Translations under genes and position numbers: made by a program | Notes under the pieces: generated by a model | Database searches by the model: none | What the model was told of the DNA's origin: nothing | What the model saw: the letters and a program-made list of their open reading frames with translations, nothing else | In this document: piece after piece, positions 26,620 to 40,689 of the stretch | Position numbering within the stretch: the stretch's first letter is position 1 | Layout of the letters: the number at the start of each line of letters is the position of its first letter | From: Octopus sinensis | Lineage: Eukaryota | Assembly: GCF_006345805.1 (NCBI RefSeq) | Contig: NC_042997.1 | Location: 109,368,001 to 109,432,000, forward strand | DNA length: 64,000 nt | Reading direction: 5' to 3'

Positions 26620-26825
26620 CAACAATAATAATAATAATAATAATAATGATGTTGATGATGATAATAATAACAACAACAACATCGAAAAATACCTTAGGAA
26701 TGAGAACCCAGGTTCGAAATTTCCCCCAAGACACCTGAAGAAATCTGGAGGGTATATCAGTCGAAACGTTGTGTTAACAACAAACAAGATAAGGACAAAT
26801 ATCCGTCAAATGTAAATAATATAAA
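26505..26825 (+). mobile_element. SINE-like element: B-box + internal (TAA)n + hammerhead-bearing tail
   Basis: GAGTTCGAATCC at 26521-26532, TAA array about 26546-26680, ACAC-CTGAAGA...GAAA-CG-TT-GTGT at 26731-26774. Confidence 0.65.
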
Positions 26826-27710
26826 TGAAGTTGATTTCTTCCACTGGTAAAAAGTGGGAAATGATATTTACTATGAAGCTCAACGAAGACCTCCCCACCT
26901 CACAAAAGTTATCTTCAGTTTTTGAACATTTTTCTCCCATTGAATGGCTGCCGTGTAGCTTTTGAGCAAGCTTGCTCGGCTTCATTCGTGTAGAATATAA
27001 ACAAACACTCAAAGTGAGATTTGACATAATTAATGTAAATGATGGAAGAATATTGTATTAATTAAGAATATTTCCGTAGTGAGGAGAACAAAATCATTAA
27101 ATGAATGACATATTTAATTTGATCTTGACTGTATGTCAGATATTATCTTCAGGAGATTTACAGAGTGGTGGTGGTGGTGGGAATGGAAGAGAAGGGAGAG
27201 AGAAGAGGAGAGAGAAAGAGAAACACACTGAAGGAGAAAGAGTGGAGTACAAAGACAGAAAGAGAGAATGGGAAGGAGCTACTTTTGAAAATACATTCAA
27301 AATTTTCGCTAATTTGCTCAGCAGTACATCCTTCGATTGGTGAATAAAGAACTTATTTCTGATGTCGCAGAATTGCATCGCTGCGACGTCAAGAAATGAT
27401 GTTGAAATATTTTCAGGAACGGTTCTATAGAAGCATTTCTCAAACAGATACAGGACCAAATGCGTTTCAGCGACACCAGTCGACTGTCTGTCAGACAATA
27501 TTATTATCCATTGTTTCCTTCCTTTAAATAAGAAGAACTTTTCATGACATTTAGTTTCTATATCAAAATATGTTCAGCAAACAACGAATCGACCATGTTG
27601 CCTGTGACATCGCTAAAAACAGGACTTCCCCATTAGTAACAAAACAAAAAACGGGTTGGGTATCTAAATACAACTATTACGAATAGACTGGGTATTGGGA
27701 TAAGATTGTC

Positions 27711-27725
27711 ATAATAATAATAATG

Positions 27726-27768
<43 letters not shown>

Positions 27769-27909
27769 GAAGAAGAAGAAGAAGAGAAGAAGAAGAAGAA
27801 GAAGAAGAAGAAGAAGAAGAAGAAGAAGAAGAAGAAGAAGAAGAAGAAGAAGAAGAAGAAGAAGAAGAAGAAGAAGAAGAAGAAGAAGAAGAAGAAGAAG
27901 AAGAAGAAG

Positions 27910-27938
<29 letters not shown>
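27711..27938. repeat. (TAA)n fused to a long near-perfect (GAA)n
   Basis: Directly visible. Confidence 0.97.
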
Positions 27939-27943
<5 letters not shown>

Positions 27944-28448
27944 GGATGTGAAGTAGTGTGTTCAGAAGTTACGAGTTAGAAATATTCAGTCAGTCTTGCG
28001 CATTAGGCATAAGGGGATTTGTATTAACACCATTTCTACAATTTTGTTGATACAAGAATAGGATTTAATCCCCGTGTTTGAGTAACCACAAATAAAGGGA
28101 GCACTGGTCATCCAGTTCAATTTTGGAAGAGGGCTCGAAAATGTATCCTAAATATTTCCTGGTCTGTAAGGTGGTCAATTATGCATTTCTCTTCCGTTCA
28201 ACACCAACGTATTTAAAAACGGAAACAAATGGATTTGTGAAGCGTGTCGGGTGATAAAAAATGTATCAGGCCTCGCATCCGTAATGTCCCTCCTTGTTAT
28301 AAACATGCCATCGCACATCTGAGAATGTAAACGTATTCTGTGCCTGCAAAAGTTTCGATTGGGTGGAACTGAGTGAAACTGTTCTTGGACTAGTTTATTT
28401 CGTTTGTTCCCTCTGATATATACATACATACATACATACATACATACA

Positions 28449-28484
<36 letters not shown>

Positions 28485-28785
28485 TAATAACGAAGGCACT
28501 TGTACGCAATATAAAACAAAAAGGGGAAAGCACAACTTTTCCTAATTGTGACTGAAGGTGTTGGGTAGCACCTATATTGTTAGAAATATTATCATATTCT
28601 GACAAGCGAGATAAACAGTCCCTGTTATCTCTTTTGTCAGTATATGATAATGTGCTTTCTTGCAGCTGAGAGGGTTTTAGGGTTTTAACTCTTATTTCTA
28701 TCAGCACACGTTCTGCACCATCGGTCCCAATGAGTGACAATTGTAATTTTCCTTTTGGGCTTTATATTGCGCAAAGCTGCCTTCG

Positions 28786-28826
<41 letters not shown>

Positions 28827-28834
28827 TATATATA

Positions 28835-29480
28835 TATAATTAGAGTTCAGCTAACTGCTTCACCACATACCGAAATTAGAAGGAGTTAAAAATTCCTTTT
28901 CTACTACTATAAGAATATACATGACGGTAAACATACTTTTTAAATTTGAAATTATAATTTACTCCATGATAGAATACTGCAGTTTTCTGCGGTATTGCTC
29001 GTAGCATACACGTGGGTATAGAGTTTGAATAGTGTATTCACATTCGGCTCTGTAAAATTTGGAAGTGATGGTTGGATATCTGTTACATGATGACGCTCGA
29101 TTGTGTGCATATTCAGCCCTAGCACTTTCAAATTTTATAAAAAACTGTAAATATTATACTGAAGAGAGAAGTAAGTAAAATTTAAATTACTTTAATCTCG
29201 AAATGCGTATATAGTTAATCCTGGTCGTGTTGATTCAATGTTTTTCTCCTTGCCTTCGTAAAAAAGTACGTCATGGAGATTCTTATAGTAGTAGAAAAGG
29301 AATTTTTAACTCCTTTTTCTAAATTCGGTATGTGGTGAAGCAGTTAGCTGAAACCTAATTATAATTATGTAGATAATTTTACATATAAAGGCTATTTTAA
29401 TGTACCGATCTACTTGGTAAAATTATTATCAATTGATTAATTTATTAATTTAATTGATAAATTTTATCCTTCTGTTATTA

Positions 29481-29483
<3 letters not shown>
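28835..29483 (+). mobile_element. Non-autonomous Penelope-like fold-back element in (TA)n with hammerhead
   Basis: About 90-bp inverted arms (28835-28926 / 29269-29363); hammerhead TTATA-CTGAAGA-GAGA...TCTC-GAAA-TGCG-TA-TATAG at 29154-29214; (TA)n on both flanks. Confidence 0.75.
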
Positions 29484-29533
<50 letters not shown>

Positions 29534-30596
29534 CATATATGTGTGTGTGAGAGTTGTGTGTGTGTCTGTGTGTGTTCATTTATACATACACGCGTAATAA
29601 CTAAGAGAGACAATGAAAATATACAGCTGTTAACTGGTTTTGAGCGGAAAGCTCCAATGTTAAAATTATTTTCTTCATTGAGAAATCAATCTTCTGACGG
29701 GGAGAATTTGCAAAAATAATTCAAAACATACCAACATATAAACATGTGCACAAAAATACATATGAGATATATTAATACGCACATATGACATGTGTATGTA
29801 GAAACTCACTACATGTCCCCAGTTTCTCAGTTTTCCCCGGGGCTGGTCTTTATCAACATTGTCATTTTATTATTTACAATGGAGTTAATTATCATTCCCC
29901 ACCCGACATCTTATAAGACTCTCTTTTCTATCATATGTTTTCGGTTTATTAGTTTTTCAATGCACACTTCATCAGAGTTTCAATGTTTTGTGATGTACGA
30001 GACTTCAGGGCTCTTCAAACTCCAACGAATCAGCATTTTTACAAGAATTTGCTTTCCGCCTATGAAATACAAAACCGTCATCTGTTTGTTTGTCATAAAT
30101 TCTTGCTGAAATACAGATCAGGTGGTTTTACGTGGCATTTGAAACTAAGATATAGATGCAGATAATCTGTGAGAGCTGTCTATGTCCCTATTACAAAATT
30201 ACAAAATGCAAACCGTTTTTTCTCATGTCCATTATCTCTCAAAATATTGTTCAAGCATTTTAGAATAATGAAGAGTTCTGTGACAAACGACGTCTTACTA
30301 AGTTTTCCCGGGGATGGAAAAACAGCCGTCAGTGAAGAAATTGCGTTACCATCACGTGATCCCTCTTACAGTGTGCATAGCTACATGTTCCTAATTAAAA
30401 CTGACGAACAACACTTCAGCATCAAAAACCTTCACTTCTACAAAAGTCACAGAATAGCAAAATGTTTCTAGAGGGATTGAAAATGTATGCTATTCACTTG
30501 TTTCCAATACTCATGACGTAAAAGAAATAGTTTTGAGCAGAAAACAAAACATTTAGAGCATTTAGCGATCTTTTGGATATGATGGAAGTGCAATTA

Positions 30597-30670
<74 letters not shown>

Positions 30671-32429
30671 GCCTATGCACAGCTTCTAACGCTGCAGATG
30701 TATTACGGTCAGCTGTTCATTACCAGTGAACTAAGGTAACCCCTTCTTATTTTTCGAGCACCATCCGGAGTATTCGAACGAATCCAAGAAGTGCTGTTTT
30801 CTGCAAGTGCTCCACCCTTATTGCAACCCTTATTTGTTCCATGTACTTCTCGAGATTTTACTCATTGTTCCCAGGGCTCCGGCAATTATTGGTACTACTG
30901 ATACCTTTCTCATCGACCACAACTGCTTAACTTCCCAAGCTAACCTGTCATATCTGTCAACTTTTCTTTCTTCCTTATTGCCTACCTTGTTGTCAGCTGG
31001 GCATGCTATATCTATGATCCAGTATAGTTTGCTTTCTTTCTCAATTAAGACTATGTCTGTCTTCTTATTCTCTATCTCATGGTCGCAATGAATCATAAAA
31101 TCCCATAGAATCTTTGCATCTCTATTTTCGACGATGCCTTCAGGTTTGTGGTCGTACCAAGTTTTTGCTCTGTCAAGTTGCAAAGTGTCCAATGGACAAA
31201 CCTGGCTATATTGTCGTGGCGTCTCTAATATTCATTCTGGGCTAATGGCGTACATTGGCTGGTAATATGCCATACGGTTTCACCATTTTGTCCACAAATT
31301 CTGCACTTATCACTTTCTGCTGTATTGTCTAATCTGTATTTTATGTAGTTTATTCTGAGTGCTTGCTCTTGGGCAGCACAGATTAGAGCCTCCGTTTCCG
31401 GTTTTAAATCACTTTTAGTCATCCACAGCCATCTTTTTTCTCTATCTGTCATATCTTCAACATCCTTATGAAATTGACCATGCATTCTTTTCTTTACCCA
31501 CCTATTTTCAGTTTCATTCATTTTCAATTTCTTGTATAGTGTTTTATTTGTACAGTCTTTCATCTTACACAAGCCTGACCTTCCTACTTCTAATAAAAGC
31601 GGTTCTGTGGCATTTTTTTTACACACCATGTTATGTTGTTTTCTCCTGCTCTAATGCAGTGTTCGCATCCAATAAGTCTCAGTCTGCGTAAGTACTCCAC
31701 CTTAATTTTTTCTGTCATTTCTTTCTCCATCAATTTATCCATTTCCAAAATCCCCAAATGCTTATAGCCCATCTCTTTCTTCTGCTTCATAACCTCTCCT
31801 GATGGTATCGCTAGCCCGTCCATACAACTGATTGTGCCTACCTTCAAGACTAACATAACACACTTTTTCAATTCGAACTCCATTCTGATATCAGCACTGA
31901 AAGTATACACCGCATCAACGAGGAAACGGACTTGGGATCCATCTTTACCATAAAGTTTGAGGTCATCCATGAATAACAAATAGTTGACTTTTTGCTGGTG
32001 GCTTTTGAATACATACCCAGCTTTTGCTTTCCTCAGAATCAATGTTAGTGGTATCAAGCACAATACAAAGATCAGTGGAGACAGGCAGTTCTCTAGGAAG
32101 ATGCCCCTCCTAATTTCTACTGTCACTAAACTTCTTCCGTATGCTGTCAGGTCCGTCCTCTTATTCACCATACTTTTTCCAAGCAATAGCTCAACATTCG
32201 ATCCAATACGAAATAGGTTCATACACTCCATAATCCAGGAATGTGGGATCGTACCGAACGCCTTACGATAGTCGATCAATGACAAGTTAGTTTTCCTCCT
32301 CTTTCAGTCTATATGTACAGTTTTGTCTATCAGGAGTTGATCCTTGCTACCTCTGCACTTCTTTTGCAACACTTCTGCTCATGTGGCTGAACTCCATTTT
32401 TTCCAGATGTTCTTACATTGACTCTGCGA

Positions 32430-32431
<2 letters not shown>
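30671..32431 (-). mobile_element. R4/Dong-clade LINE (family R4-a), 5'-truncated, inserted in (TAA)n
   Basis: YLLFMDDLKLYG, LKPETEALICAAQEQAL, CRICGQNGETVWHITSQC, ILWDF...TDIVLIEK...IIDIACP; same 3' end as the 7925 copy; (TTA)n on both sides. Confidence 0.93.
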
Positions 32432-32510
<79 letters not shown>

Positions 32511-33542
32511 TAAAACCACCGACTTGTTACGTAAAAAATATTTATTTTTTAAGAAGCTAATCCAGAGGGAAAAGGAATTTATTTTAAATAGATGTATCGA
32601 AGAACCGGTCTGGAACATTTCTGCTCCCCTTACCGGAAGAGAACTAAAGATGGCAATTTTTAGCCATTTTAAGTATGAGCCTAAAATGTTAACGGGAGAT
32701 GTAGGTAAATTTGTACACTAAGAAAGACGTGAACGAACACAACCATACAAATAAATATATGAATAAATAAATAAGTATAAACAAAAATAGAAATGAACAA
32801 AAAATATCTTGCAAAGAAGGGTTTCAAAGGATATGCGTTTTTTCTTTTATATATACACTTTAATTCTGGTGGGAATAGTTTTAACGATGCTTTTGAAAAT
32901 GACAACAACGGAACACCAACAACGAAGTTGAGGACAAATGTGATACTTCTCATTCACAAATAAATTTACTTGAGCAATAATATATATGAAAATGGAAGCA
33001 GTTTTGCTGACATTGCTACAGGGAAGAAGTAATGGTATGTATCTGGCCAATATATGAAGCTTGGCAGGAATGTGTTACAAGGGCGTGCGCATCCTTGCCT
33101 GAATTCCTCCAAGAACGAGTAAAGAAAAAATGCTTTACATCTACTCACGAAAAGTGGAAGGGCAGTGAGTGAAGTATGAAAAGAATAGTGATGAATAATG
33201 TGTAGAAAAGTTTACTCTCCATTCATAGAGAGGGGCAACGGAACTGCCTGTGTGAGGCTGCTGTGTAGAGACAGAGATAGTACGACACATATTTGTCCGT
33301 AGGCGGGCCAACGAAATATAAAGATGATAACGTGATGTATCTACAGTAACATTAATAAGTACCTCGTTCTCACTTTTGAAGAGCCATATATTCAAGTGGT
33401 GAAGAGTGAGGAAACGAAATAGGAGATGTGATTGGAGGAATCGTAAGGATTAGACGTTCTGAAATTTACAAAATCATTCTAAACTTCTGCTTTGCCATGA
33501 ATATGTAAACAAAAGCAATGAGTTTGCAAGGGGGAAAGAGAA

Positions 33543-33573
<31 letters not shown>

Positions 33574-33609
33574 AAGAAGGAGAGAGAGAGAAGAAGAAGG
33601 AGAAGAAGA

Positions 33610-33666
<57 letters not shown>

Positions 33667-34463
33667 GTTGATAACAGCAAACCTAGTAAAAACAATCGCA
33701 AGGTTCGTTAGTTGTTCCAGCAGTAAGACGAAGGTCTTAACTCTTTGAAGTACCATTCCCTTCTCTTCCAACGGAGAGAGTGGGGACTGTGAAGACCTGA
33801 GACGCAATGATAGACTGTATCGACGCATCATAAAAGGGGCTGACAGAGGGAGGAAGGTAGAAGATGATTGGTGTGATGTGAGGGACGTCTGGCTCCATGG
33901 ACACGGTGATCCGACAGAGAATCAGTTTTATGTCTCATCTAGAAAATAATAAAACGAGTAATATTTTTGAAGGAATGCATATAAGGGTGCCAATGCCAGG
34001 AGCAGAGGAGAGTATAAGACTGTTTGGCGACCAGTTTGAATCAACAGACCTAAAGAACTATTCAACAGAGAATTCCGGACCCTTCAAGGATAAATTGACC
34101 CCAAAATGACCGGAAGTGTTACTGAGTGCACTTGTTTCCGATCCGACTTAGATTCTTAGTTGTGTATATGATGGAGAAGGCGTGGAGTCTATTCCGCGTT
34201 GTCTTTCCTCTTCTTTAAATGCATTTTTCCCTGATTATCCTTGGCTTTTTGGATAATCTCTAACTTTGCGTGTGGAATTCATATCTAACAGACTTCTTTA
34301 TACACACATACACACACGCACACACACACATGTACATACATATGCATTTATGTATTTATGTGTGTGTGTGTGTGTGTAGGAATTGTATAGCGTCTTTACC
34401 TCCCCGTTCAACTTCATTTTGTCGCTCTCACACATTTTGTCACCACTGTCTAAAGATTACTTA

Positions 34464-34978
34464 TCTATATATATAAAACTGTAGTTGTGTGAGTGTCTGT
34501 CCCCTTCGATTTAGATTCCTAACTCCTCCCACATTTTGCGGTGCAGTTTAACCAAATTCGGGTATCTTATAGTCGTGATTAATTTCGAGCCCGTCTGACT
34601 ATTAGCGCGCGTCTACGATGAGTCTACGATTTTAAAAATAATTTAACATCATTTTTTATTCCATTTTAATGCATAATTTTTCGTGTGTCGATGGCGGCGG
34701 AGTTGGCGTCCACGCTCAAACACCTGCACCTGTGTTTGCTTCTCCCCCTTCTTTTCCTCCTTCGTGAAGCTGTGGGGAAGGGAGTGTAAAGAAATCAACG
34801 TCGTAATGCGTTGTCAAGGAGACCAGCGTTCTTTTAGAACGACTTCATGGCTTGAAGACACCAAAACAGAAATGGCTAAGAAAACCCGAATTGGCATCTA
34901 TAAGGGAAGTAACTCTCTAAAAATGCTTATATAGTTATTTCCCTTACAAACCCGAGCAACGCCGGGCGATACTGCTAG
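34464..34978 (+). mobile_element. Non-autonomous Helitron
   Basis: 5' A|TCTATATATATAAAA; 3' hairpin CCCGAGCAACGCCGGG followed by CTAG|T; no TSD. Confidence 0.82.
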
Positions 34979-34987
34979 TTGTATATA

Positions 34988-35218
34988 TATTTCTTTACTA
35001 CCCACAAGGGGCTAAACATAGAGGGGACACACAAGGACAGACAAAGAGATTAAGTCGATTACATCGACCCAGTGCGAAACTGTTTCTTTATTTATCGACC
35101 CCGAGAGGATGAAAGGTAAAGTCAACCTCGGCGGAATTTGAACTCAGAACGTAACGACAGATGAAATACCGCTAAGTATTTCGCCCGGCGCGCTAACGTT
35201 TCTGCCAGCTCGCCGCCA
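34988..35218 (-). mobile_element. SINE family A
   Basis: Full-length reverse-complement copy with the TTTCTTTACTACCCACAAGGGG tail variant. Confidence 0.9.
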
Positions 35219-35325
35219 AGATTACATATTGTATATATGAAAGGGTAAATAAAGGTGATAAATATGGCGGGCTAGGGATGAATCTATTATTATTGTAGTA
35301 GTAGTAGTAGTGGTGGTGGTGGTGA

Positions 35326-35357
<32 letters not shown>

Positions 35358-36765
35358 ATAGTAAGTAGTAGCAGCAGTAATAGTAGTAGTAGTGTGGTGG
35401 TGGTAGTAGTATATAACAAATTGACACTGATCACAAGTATATTTAATGTTTCTTCAAGTTTTGTTGAGACGAAAGCTGGACCACACACGTAGAATATTTT
35501 CTTTCCCTCTAGGTACGTGTGTGTGTGTGTGGGGGGGGGGGGTCCTCGGTGCGCGTGCTGCAATGGTTCTAACAAGGTCTTACAGAACACATAATTCCCC
35601 TCCTTTTCTCTGTCTAATTCTTACCTTCTTCCCTCCACCCCACCATCTTCCACTTACGTTCTCCTTCTTCTTTCCAAAATCCCCTTTTCATGTTTTTCTT
35701 TGCACAAATTTCCATGTTCTCCCTATTTATTTCTTTTTTTTTTCTTTCCTTTTCTTCCCCTTCCCCCCTCTTCCCTTCTCTCCCCTTTCTTTCATCTTGT
35801 TATAATTCTACCATCTTTCTAACTCACCTATACACATATACAAACTACACACACACACACTCACATACACACACACCAATAGATCATGCATCAAAAAGAA
35901 CGCTACAATGTCAGTGCCATTGTCTATATTCCTGTTTGTCTGTCTGTTAGTCTGTTAGTCAATTCCATGTCTTTCCCCCTGAACCTGACTATTCCAGTTT
36001 AGAAGACAACCAAACACTATCTCTCTCTCTCTCTTCCTCTCTCCATCTTTCTCTCTCCCTCTTCCTCTCTCCCTCTCCCTCTCTGTCTGTCTAATCTGTC
36101 TATTTATCTCCACCTCACACATTGACATAATAACTAAAGACGAAAGTACCAAACGACGTCAATTCCTGCCAGCGTTCATTCTCGCGCAAATTCTCTTCCA
36201 TTCTTCCAGTCATTTATCTCTTTCACACAACCACTTTTTCTGAGAATCTACGTCATTCATCTAGTTTGCCACATTCTTCATTGTCTTAAGTAGCCTTCAT
36301 GTTTCTCTTTGAATAAATGATCGGGGACCATTCTGAAAACCACCACTGCGGCCGCGATGCCTTTATTAATCACACCTAAAACTTTTCTGACACGCCCCCA
36401 CTATATTCCATTTCTGGATCACCACCTCATTACTAAAACTCCGTACTTACATATCGCAGAAACCAACTGTCACGCGAGAAATGACTTATGTTAACCCAAT
36501 GGCTCTCTCACTGAGAGGATTAAGGGCGTAGATAATTAGGCAACGCTAATTTGTCCTTTCTTTAAATCACATGCACATACACACCACAAACACACACACG
36601 CGTATATATATATATATGTGTGTGTGCGTGCGAGGATGATGCGGTTCTTGACTGAAGACTGAAGGCTTCGAATGTCTCGTCCGTGTCTTTTGTATCGTCT
36701 CCTAAATGTTTTGCGTTCTTGTCCCAGTTTGTATTTTTATACATACATATATATATATATAATAT

Positions 36766-36817
<52 letters not shown>

Positions 36818-37104
36818 ACGGGCTTCTTTCAGTTTCCGTCTGCCAACTCCATTCATAAAGCTTTGGTTACATTACTGGTGCATTTATAGAGTGAAACTGA
36901 ACCCGGAACCATACGGATGAGAAACAAGCTTTGTAACACATAGCCACACCTATTCGTACACATATATGTATATATACATGTATGTGTGTATGTGTATGTG
37001 TGTGTATTATGTTCGTATATATGTGTGTACACACACACACACACGCACACACGAGAATAGGCACTTATCTACCTATACTTCTATAAATGCACCAGCAATG
37101 TAAC

Positions 37105-37495
37105 TAAACGCTTACCGCCGTTGGCGATTTCTTTTCCATCTTTGGATTTTTCCCTTTCTCCTTTCCGATGAAGACTTATTCTCGAAACGTCAAACTCTAT
37201 CCTTTCATCCAGCGTCAAGATAATACATTTCTTGTACACGTACACACGTTCATTTTGTTCGTATTTTTTTTTATTTGAAATGTTTGTTTACTTGAATTGG
37301 CTATGATAGATCGCTAGCCACTAAACCTTTGTATTTTCTCTCCCTGTTTATTTCTCTGTTCATTTCTGTCGAAGAGCGTCGGCTCGAAACGTAAAAGACT
37401 TTCTCACTTCCCGAGCGTTAAACTGATACATATGTTTGTTGTTTACACACCCGTCTTCGTCTTTAGAATTTTTCGTAAATTCTCACTATATGTAT
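37105..37495 (+). mobile_element. Two adjacent short PLE-like pLTR fragments with variant hammerheads
   Basis: TTT-CCGATGA...GAAA-CG-TC-AAA (about 37161-37194) and TTT-CTGTCGA-a-GAGC-gtcg-GCTC-GAAA-CG-TA-AAA (about 37363-37396); the second matches 40690-40880. Confidence 0.6.
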
Positions 37496-38356
37496 ATAGT
37501 GGTCTGATCAATAAGTATCCGGACTGTTCCCATAGTAACGAAGCTAAACTACGCACAGTAAAGCCGCTTGGCACAGATTGACCTTGAATACTGTTGTGTA
37601 TGTGCACAAGGTTTTAACCTTCTAGCTTACTTCTGCTGTTTACAGAAGTGCTTGGAACTAATGATCATGACAGAGAAAGTTGAGTAGAGAATCGGCATCA
37701 AATTTTGCCAAAAACTTGGTGATACCTGCTCAGAGGCCTACGCAAAGGTTTTAAAAAGATTTCATCGTTCTCGACACAGTCGAGGAAATTTGTGCAATTG
37801 AAACCCGAGCGTCTTTACCGTCAGCAGAAAGCAGTTTGGTGCAAACTTGGCAGACACGAGTCTTATACCCAAATCTTCAGTGATAATGGATTGAACTGAA
37901 CCGTAACTAATCTGCACATCCTCTGATAATTCTCGGATGGTGATTCGACGATTTCTTCTCACAGCCTGCACACACATCTGCAATGGTTTTCTCAGTTCAG
38001 CTGGTTGCGTGTCTCCCAGAACGTTCGTCAATATCGACATTTTTTCGGCCATCTTGGAAACGTCTGAACTCCTCATGCACATGTGTGCGGCTCATACACA
38101 CTTCTCAGTACACTTTCAGCGGCCGTTGAGCAGATTTCGCCATGACTACTTTTTCTGTCATGGTCAATGCGAGAATCGCACCTTACACGCCTTAATTTCA
38201 AGCACTGCTGTAAACAGGAGAAATGAGCAAGGACGTTAAAACTTGGTGTATATGAGCAAGGAAGATTAAGCTCAATCTCTGCCAAGTGGCTTCACTCTGC
38301 GTGCTTTAGCTTCGTTACTATGGCAACAGTTTGGGTACTTATTGATCACACCTCAA

Positions 38357-38357
<1 letters not shown>
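37496..38357. mobile_element. Mariner-family DNA transposon derivative built from two inverted 5' ends
   Basis: Termini GGTCTGATCAATAAGTA... / ...TACTTATTGATCACACC. Minus-strand HTH segment RFQDGRKNVDIDERSGR and VRRNRRITIRELSEDVQISYGSVQSIITEDLGIRLVSAKFAP. Plus-strand N-terminus MTEKVE*RIGIKFCQKLG. Confidence 0.85.
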
Positions 38358-38406
<49 letters not shown>

Positions 38407-38415
38407 GTGTGTTTG

Positions 38416-38448
<33 letters not shown>

Positions 38449-38454
38449 TATATA

Positions 38455-38760
38455 TATATAAAATAAAATACAAAATGGGACAAGAACGCAAAACATCCGG
38501 ACAACTAGGTGATACAAAAATGGACAACAAAACATCCAGTTAGACGATACAAAAAAACACGGATGGGTCATTCGAAGCCTTTTATTTTCAGTCAAGAACC
38601 GGATCAACCTCGCAATTTCGGCTGATTAATCTTGAGATTGCTCCAATTTGGCCAGCCCCAAGGAAAAACTAAGCTAAGAGCATAAAATCCCTGGGAAAAA
38701 AGCATCGAATGTATACGAAACAAGGACGGGAAAACGGACCATGTTATACGAATATAAATA
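38455..38760 (-). mobile_element. Repeat-family terminus abutting (TA)n, probably PLE-like
   Basis: Homologous in opposite orientation to about 36630-36745 (GGTTCTTGACTGAA...GGCTTCGAATG, TTTTGCGTTCTTGTCCCA). Confidence 0.5.
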
Positions 38761-38774
38761 CAAAAATAATATTA

Positions 38775-38832
<58 letters not shown>

Positions 38833-39119
38833 TAATAATAACAGGACATAACAACAGGCGAATTGAATTCAGCTGGCGTGTTGGAAATTAAGCCTTACGG
38901 CAGAGGGAAGCGTATCGATGCGGTAGTGACCGTTGTCAAACGCAAAAAGGGCTAGCAGTCGGCCAACGGTCACGTGAGAAGAGAAGAGAGAGAAAAAGAG
39001 GAACAAAGGAATTAAGGGGGGGGGAGAGAGAGAGAGAGCGAGAGAGAGTGTGTAGCAGTAGATAGACGGAAGAGCAAGGACTGGCGAGAAAAAAAGAGAG
39101 ACAGGGACATTGTGATATA

Positions 39120-39340
39120 TATATAGAGAGTTAATCCAAACAAGAAAGCACAAAAAATAACACAACAACGTGAGAACGTGGAACAAATATAGTATTATTG
39201 GACGCCCAAGAAAGAAGGAAAGAAGGAGGGTTTAACGTTTCGAGCGGAGCTCTTCGTCGGAAGCATAGGAGAAGTAAAGATCCAGAGAAGGGAAGACAGA
39301 GGGAAAAAAATCGCCAACGGTACACACGCGGTCACATTTT
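39120..39340 (-). mobile_element. PLE-like family H1 copy with variant hammerhead
   Basis: Third copy; hammerhead at 39230-39264. Confidence 0.75.
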
Positions 39341-39774
39341 GAAAGACCGGAAGGAAATGGGTGAAGAAAGGTTTTTTCAAAGACAGGAGAGTGGTTTTTT
39401 CAAAGACATGAGAGTGGTAGAGGAGGAGGAATGTCTGTGTAAGTGTGGATATGTGCGTGCGCGGATGTCTGCGTGTGTGTATGTGTGTATGTGTGCAATG
39501 ATGACACGTGTGTGTGCGTGTGTGTGTGAATGTTTGTGTGGTTGTGGCTGTTAATCAATGCGTGTTGTAGGGCTAGTAGTGTTAAAGTCGAGGAAGAAGG
39601 AATTGGGAGTGGCGGCTTTTGTCTCTACCACAGGTCAAGTAATAGGTATTGCTAGTTTGGAGTATGTGTGTGTGTGCGTGTATATATATATGTATCGTGT
39701 GTGTGTTTTGTTTGTAGTTGTGTGTGTGTATGTATGTATGTGTGTGTTCGTGTGTGTATGCGTATATATATATA

Positions 39775-40611
<837 letters not shown>

Positions 40612-40649
40612 TATGTATATATATGTGTGTATCTATCTATTTGTCTATC

Positions 40650-40683
<34 letters not shown>

Positions 40684-40689
40684 CTTATA

